Positions 60,681 to 64,000 of a DNA stretch of 64,000 bases are shown here, piece after piece. The notes under the pieces were generated by a model. It was not told where the DNA came from. It saw nothing but the letters and a program-made list of their open reading frames with translations, and did no database searches. The DNA comes from a bacterium. GTDB lineage: Bacteria; Actinomycetota; Thermoleophilia; RBG-16-64-13. The position numbers were made by a program, and so were the translations under genes. The first letter of the stretch is position 1. Each line of letters starts with the position of its first letter. The stretch is from positions 7,075 through 71,074 of the forward strand of contig JAZDLO010000058.1 in NCBI GenBank assembly GCA_043801935.1. The letters are read 5' to 3'.

Positions 60681-61853
60681 CTAGAGCGCCTTCAGATAGA
60701 TCTCCGTAGCCTCCTTCGCCCCCACCTCGCGGGGATTCATGAAGGCGAGGGGAAAGGCCTGTAGGGTCATGAGTTCGTCCACCAGGTCGGGGACGTCGGC
60801 CGCTGTGAGCCCCACTTCGGCCAGGCGCTGGGGCATGTCCAGGTCGGAAAGAAACCTGCGCACCGCCGCCACCGACTTGAGGGCCGCGTCGACGGTGGAA
60901 AGGCCGCTGGTTTTCTCTCCCAGAAGCCGGGCCACCTCCGCGAACTTCTCCGGGTCGGAGATCAGGTTGTACTCCATGACGTAGGGGAGCATCAGGCCGA
61001 CCGTGGCCCCATGGGAGATGTGGGCCTTCTTGCCCAAGGCGTGGTTCATGAAGTGGGCCATGCCTACCCCGGCCAGCGATCCGGCCAGCATGGCCATGGC
61101 GGCGGCGATCGACAGTCGGTAGCGGTCGTCCAGGCGCAGAGATCCCTTGGCATAGGCGGGCCTGAGGCTGGTCGAGATCAGCTTCATGGCGGTGGAGGCG
61201 TACATGTCCGAGAGTAGGTTGGCCCGGGAGCAGGTGTAGGCCTCTATGGCATGGGTAAGGGCATCCATGCCGGTCTCAGCCGTGGTCCTGGCCGGCAGGT
61301 CTTTGGTCAGCGCCGGGTCGATTATCACGGCGTCCGGGTAGTTCTTAGGCGTGAAATAGGGATACGTCCGGTCATCGGCTGTGTCGGTGGTCACCACGGC
61401 GGTCCAGCTCCACTCAGATCCGGTACCGGCGGTGGTGGGGATGAGTATCTTGGTGAGGGCCTTTTCCACCGGTTTGCCCTCTATGAGGTCCTGGACGGTC
61501 GTGCTGGGGTTGGCCGCCAGCAGACTCGCGGCCTTGGTCGTGTCCAACACGCTGCCCCCGCCTACTCCGATAAGAAGATCGTAGCCCTCATCCTTCGCCT
61601 TCCGGCTCAGCTCTTCGATGGCGCTGACCGGCGCTTCCAACCCGCACCGATCGAACAAATCGGCCTTGAGGCCGGCCGAGCCCAGTGCGGCTTGCACCGT
61701 GTCGACGATCCCCGCCTTGACCAGACCTTGGTCGGTGACGATGAGGATTTTGGTCGGCCCGAGACTCCGTACCACGTCTCCGAGTTCGTTCACGGCGCCG
61801 ATACCGAACAGTGTCTGGGGTACGACGACCTTCAAGACTTCCGAACTCATCAT
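60681..61853 (-). CDS. Iron-containing alcohol dehydrogenase, copy 2
   Basis: Colinear with copy 1 (GVGGGSVLDTTK, TTAGTGSEW, HFMNHALGKK). I place the start at ATG 61853, 8 nt after AAGGAG; the ORF-track GTG sits inside the SD. Confidence 0.9.
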   Translation of the reverse strand: MMSSEVLKVVVPQTLFGIGAVNELGDVVRSLGPTKILIVTDQGLVKAGIVDTVQAALGSAGLKADLFDRCGLEAPVSAIEELSRKAKDEGYDLLIGVGGGSVLDTTKAASLLAANPSTTVQDLIEGKPVEKALTKILIPTTAGTGSEWSWTAVVTTDTADDRTYPYFTPKNYPDAVIIDPALTKDLPARTTAETGMDALTHAIEAYTCSRANLLSDMYASTAMKLISTSLRPAYAKGSLRLDDRYRLSIAAAMAMLAGSLAGVGMAHFMNHALGKKAHISHGATVGLMLPYVMEYNLISDPEKFAEVARLLGEKTSGLSTVDAALKSVAAVRRFLSDLDMPQRLAEVGLTAADVPDLVDELMTLQAFPLAFMNPREVGAKEATEIYLKAL

Positions 61854-62025
61854 GTCGGGCACTCCTTAAGTCGTGGCGAAAACCGCCTTTGTCCTGTTCG
61901 GGGATCGATTGCCGGTCCATCCGATTTCGCGTCGGTGCGTGCCACACGGTATCTTAGTCGCAGGATTCGGCGTGTCAATCGGCGACAAGCATATCCTTGT
62001 TGCGGGCAAAGGAGAGTGGACCATC

Positions 62026-62892
62026 ATGGGAGGGTACTCCATTTTCGACGGCACCATCGCCGACATGACCTGGCCGGCGGTGCAGGAAGCCGCCGGCAGG
62101 AACGCGGTCTTGCTCGTGCCCATCGCTGTGATAGAGCAACATGGGCCGCATTTGCCGCTGGCCACGGATACCTATGGAGCTTTTCTCCTCTGCTCAAAGG
62201 TGCGGACGGAACTGATCAGAGCCAACGTCGCGACCGTCATGGCTCCGCCCTACTACTTCGGGATGAATCCGACTACCGGGATGTTCCCGGGGTCGCTGCA
62301 CATCAGTCGCCCGACTATGCTCGCCGTGCTTACCGAACTCTTCCTCAACTACGGCCAATGGGGTTTCAAACGGCAGTTCATTCTTAACCACCACGGTGAC
62401 CCCACCCATAATGACACCATCATGGAGGCCATCCGTATCGTTAGGGACGAGGGCATCGACGCGGTCTACACGATGGGTGGTTTCGCCCGCCAATTCATCG
62501 AAGAAGCGTACACCGCCGCCTTTCACAAACCGCTTCCTCTGCCCAGGTCTGCGCTTGTTCAAGCGGACGAGTCAGAAGCCACTGCCCGAGTCAGGGAGCG
62601 CGTCACGAAGTCCGACCTTCATGTACATGCCGAGGAGTTCGAGACGAGCATGATCATGAGATGGTATCCGGAGGTGCTCGACCGCAGCGTGGACCTGTCC
62701 GGCCTGAGGCCGGTCTTGCCCACGCCCGAGCAATTCGGGGAAGCCATCCAGCAAGGCAAGTGGAGGGAGCTTTCTCCCCTCGGCTACATCGGAGATCCCT
62801 CGGTGTCGACGCGAGAGAACGGTGAGTTGTACGCGCTGGCGGCGGCCGATATCGCGAGCGCCATCGTGGAGTTCCTTGGACGGAAAGCATAG
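62026..62892 (+). CDS. Creatininase-family metal-dependent hydrolase
   Basis: AVLLVPIAVIEQHGPHLPLATD and NHHGDPTHN are typical of the creatinine amidohydrolase fold. ATG 62026 follows AAAGGAGAG. Confidence 0.8.
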   Translation: MGGYSIFDGTIADMTWPAVQEAAGRNAVLLVPIAVIEQHGPHLPLATDTYGAFLLCSKVRTELIRANVATVMAPPYYFGMNPTTGMFPGSLHISRPTMLAVLTELFLNYGQWGFKRQFILNHHGDPTHNDTIMEAIRIVRDEGIDAVYTMGGFARQFIEEAYTAAFHKPLPLPRSALVQADESEATARVRERVTKSDLHVHAEEFETSMIMRWYPEVLDRSVDLSGLRPVLPTPEQFGEAIQQGKWRELSPLGYIGDPSVSTRENGELYALAAADIASAIVEFLGRKA

Positions 62893-62943
62893 AAGAAGGG
62901 GCTCAGCCCCGCTCGGCGTGCGACTCCCCGGGTCCCGCCGCCG

Positions 62944-63714
62944 CTATTCAGCGGTCCATCCCCCATCGATCACCAGCGTCTGTCCGGTCATGTAACTCGA
63001 GGCGTCAGAAGCCAGGAACACCAGGGGCCCTATCAGTTCCCCGACTTCGCCCAACCGCCGCATGGGCATCTTGCCGATGATGTGGCTATAGATCCTCTCG
63101 TTCCCCATGATGTCGGCTTCGTTCATGGGCGTCTTCACGTACCCAGGGCACAGGGCGTTCACTTGGATGTTGTACTTGGCCCATTCCAGTGCGTGCGCTC
63201 GCGTCATCTGCACCACTCCGCCCTTGGCCACACAGTAGGGCAGGATCTGCTTGTCCGCCACCAGGCCGAGCATGGAGGCGATGTTGATTATCTTCCCCGC
63301 CCTCTGAGCGATCATGTGTCTGCCGAAGATGGTCGAACACAGGAAGACCCCCTTGAGGTCTACATCGATGACCCGGTCCCAGTCCTCTTCGGTCAGATCC
63401 TCAGCGGGTTTGGTGAGAGCCGTCCCCGCGTTGTTGACGAGGATATCGATCCTGCCGAACTCGCCCAGCACAGCAGTCGCCAGATCCTGGACGCTTTGCC
63501 GATCGGTCACGTCGCACGATCTCGCCAAGACCACACGTCCGAGAGCCCGGATCTCTTCGGCGGTGAGCTCACAGTCCTTCTGGTTCCTGCTGGTGACGAT
63601 CAGGTCCGCGCCTTGCCGGGCGAGTCCCAGCGCAAGACCACGGCCGATGCCCCTGGTCGAACCGGTCACGAGGGCCGTCTTGCCGCTGAGATCGAATGCG
63701 GTCACTGCCCCCAT
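62944..63714 (-). CDS. SDR-family oxidoreductase (classical, FabG/gluconate-5-dehydrogenase-like)
   Basis: TGSTRGIGRGLA (TGxxxGIG), NNAG, and the YCVAKGG (YxxxK) catalytic motif. Confidence 0.88.
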   Translation of the reverse strand: MGAVTAFDLSGKTALVTGSTRGIGRGLALGLARQGADLIVTSRNQKDCELTAEEIRALGRVVLARSCDVTDRQSVQDLATAVLGEFGRIDILVNNAGTALTKPAEDLTEEDWDRVIDVDLKGVFLCSTIFGRHMIAQRAGKIINIASMLGLVADKQILPYCVAKGGVVQMTRAHALEWAKYNIQVNALCPGYVKTPMNEADIMGNERIYSHIIGKMPMRRLGEVGELIGPLVFLASDASSYMTGQTLVIDGGWTAE

Positions 63715-63740
63715 CCCTGGCGAGTCCTCCCCGGTAGGAA

Positions 63741-64000
63741 TCAGTTCGCGGCCTTGGCTGCCGCCGTTTCCTCGGACTCCGTGATCCCTGCCAGATCCGT
63801 GGCCAGGCGCATCTTCCGCTCCAGGTTCACCTGGCGCTGGATCATAACCTTCATCGCCTGAGGCGACCCCGCACCGTGCATCGACTCCACCAAGGCCGTG
63901 CCGCTGCTCATGGCTTCGATGAGCCGGGCGATACGAATACGATCCCTGGTCGCTATGTCGGCGACGCCTTTGAAGTACTTCTCCACGTACTTGCCGATCT
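63741..64000 (-). CDS. C-terminal part of a 4-hydroxybutyryl-CoA dehydratase / 4-hydroxyphenylacetate 3-hydroxylase-family protein (continues past the window end)
   Basis: KYFKGV...RIRIARLIEAM...ESMHGAGSPQAMKVMI resembles the conserved C-terminus of AbfD/HpaB-family proteins. The frame is open to nt 64000. Confidence 0.6.
   Translation of the reverse strand, partial: IGKYVEKYFKGVADIATRDRIRIARLIEAMSSGTALVESMHGAGSPQAMKVMIQRQVNLERKMRLATDLAGITESEETAAAKAAN

Noticed and set aside
1-64000. Searches for CRISPR arrays, tRNA/rRNA genes, IS elements, integrases and in-frame TGA (selenocysteine) in the Mo enzymes.
   Set aside because: I read every intergenic gap longer than 70 nt and found no repeat-spacer pattern or tRNA-like arms. 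No ORF has transposase or integrase motifs. All six Mo-enzyme ORFs are uninterrupted, so no recoding needs to be invoked.

Overview
High-GC bacterial chromosomal segment (about 60% GC in the stretches I hand-counted). It is almost fully coding, with about 50 genes, and I found no rRNA, tRNA, CRISPR array, transposase or integrase. All calls rest on reading the ORF translations and recalled family motifs; no database search was run.

The window looks like an anaerobic catabolic supercluster built around molybdopterin enzymes:
- Five paralogous large subunits resemble pyrogallol-phloroglucinol transhydroxylase AthL. They have no Tat signal and no N-terminal FeS motif, and all carry NPDSWEGW. Three are followed by a BthL-like 3x[4Fe-4S] small subunit with a C-terminal beta-barrel domain; two have none.
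- A sixth, different Mo enzyme is PsrABC-like: a Tat-less catalytic subunit, a ferredoxin subunit and an NrfD-like membrane anchor, preceded by a MoaD-like gene.

Around these lie:
- Four paralogous LivJ-type binding proteins that look like Tat-exported lipoproteins with Thr-rich linkers. No ABC permease or ATPase occurs anywhere in the window.
- A GlcD/FeS/GlcD-like dehydrogenase set plus a CocE/NonD hydrolase.
- A four-subunit 2-oxoacid:ferredoxin oxidoreductase operon with an ACT-domain gene.
- An acyl-CoA dehydrogenase, etfBA, a membrane FeS oxidoreductase, a tungsten-type aldehyde:ferredoxin oxidoreductase and a MoaD-like gene.
- Two FadH/OYE-type flavoenzymes, two Fe-alcohol dehydrogenase paralogs, LysR and TetR regulators, and a housekeeping insert (tag, phosphoketolase).

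The best non-coding signal is an 82-nt element in three gap-free copies. It sits upstream of the acyl-CoA dehydrogenase operon, the etfB operon and a CMD-family gene, and two copies flank the LysR gene. That pattern defines a candidate LysR regulon.

My leading hypothesis for an undescribed system is a multi-paralog AthL-type hydroxyl-transfer or hydroxylase island for polyphenol or aromatic substrates. One module would be wired by the shared operator to an alcohol, aldehyde, acyl-CoA and ETF/quinone oxidation ladder.
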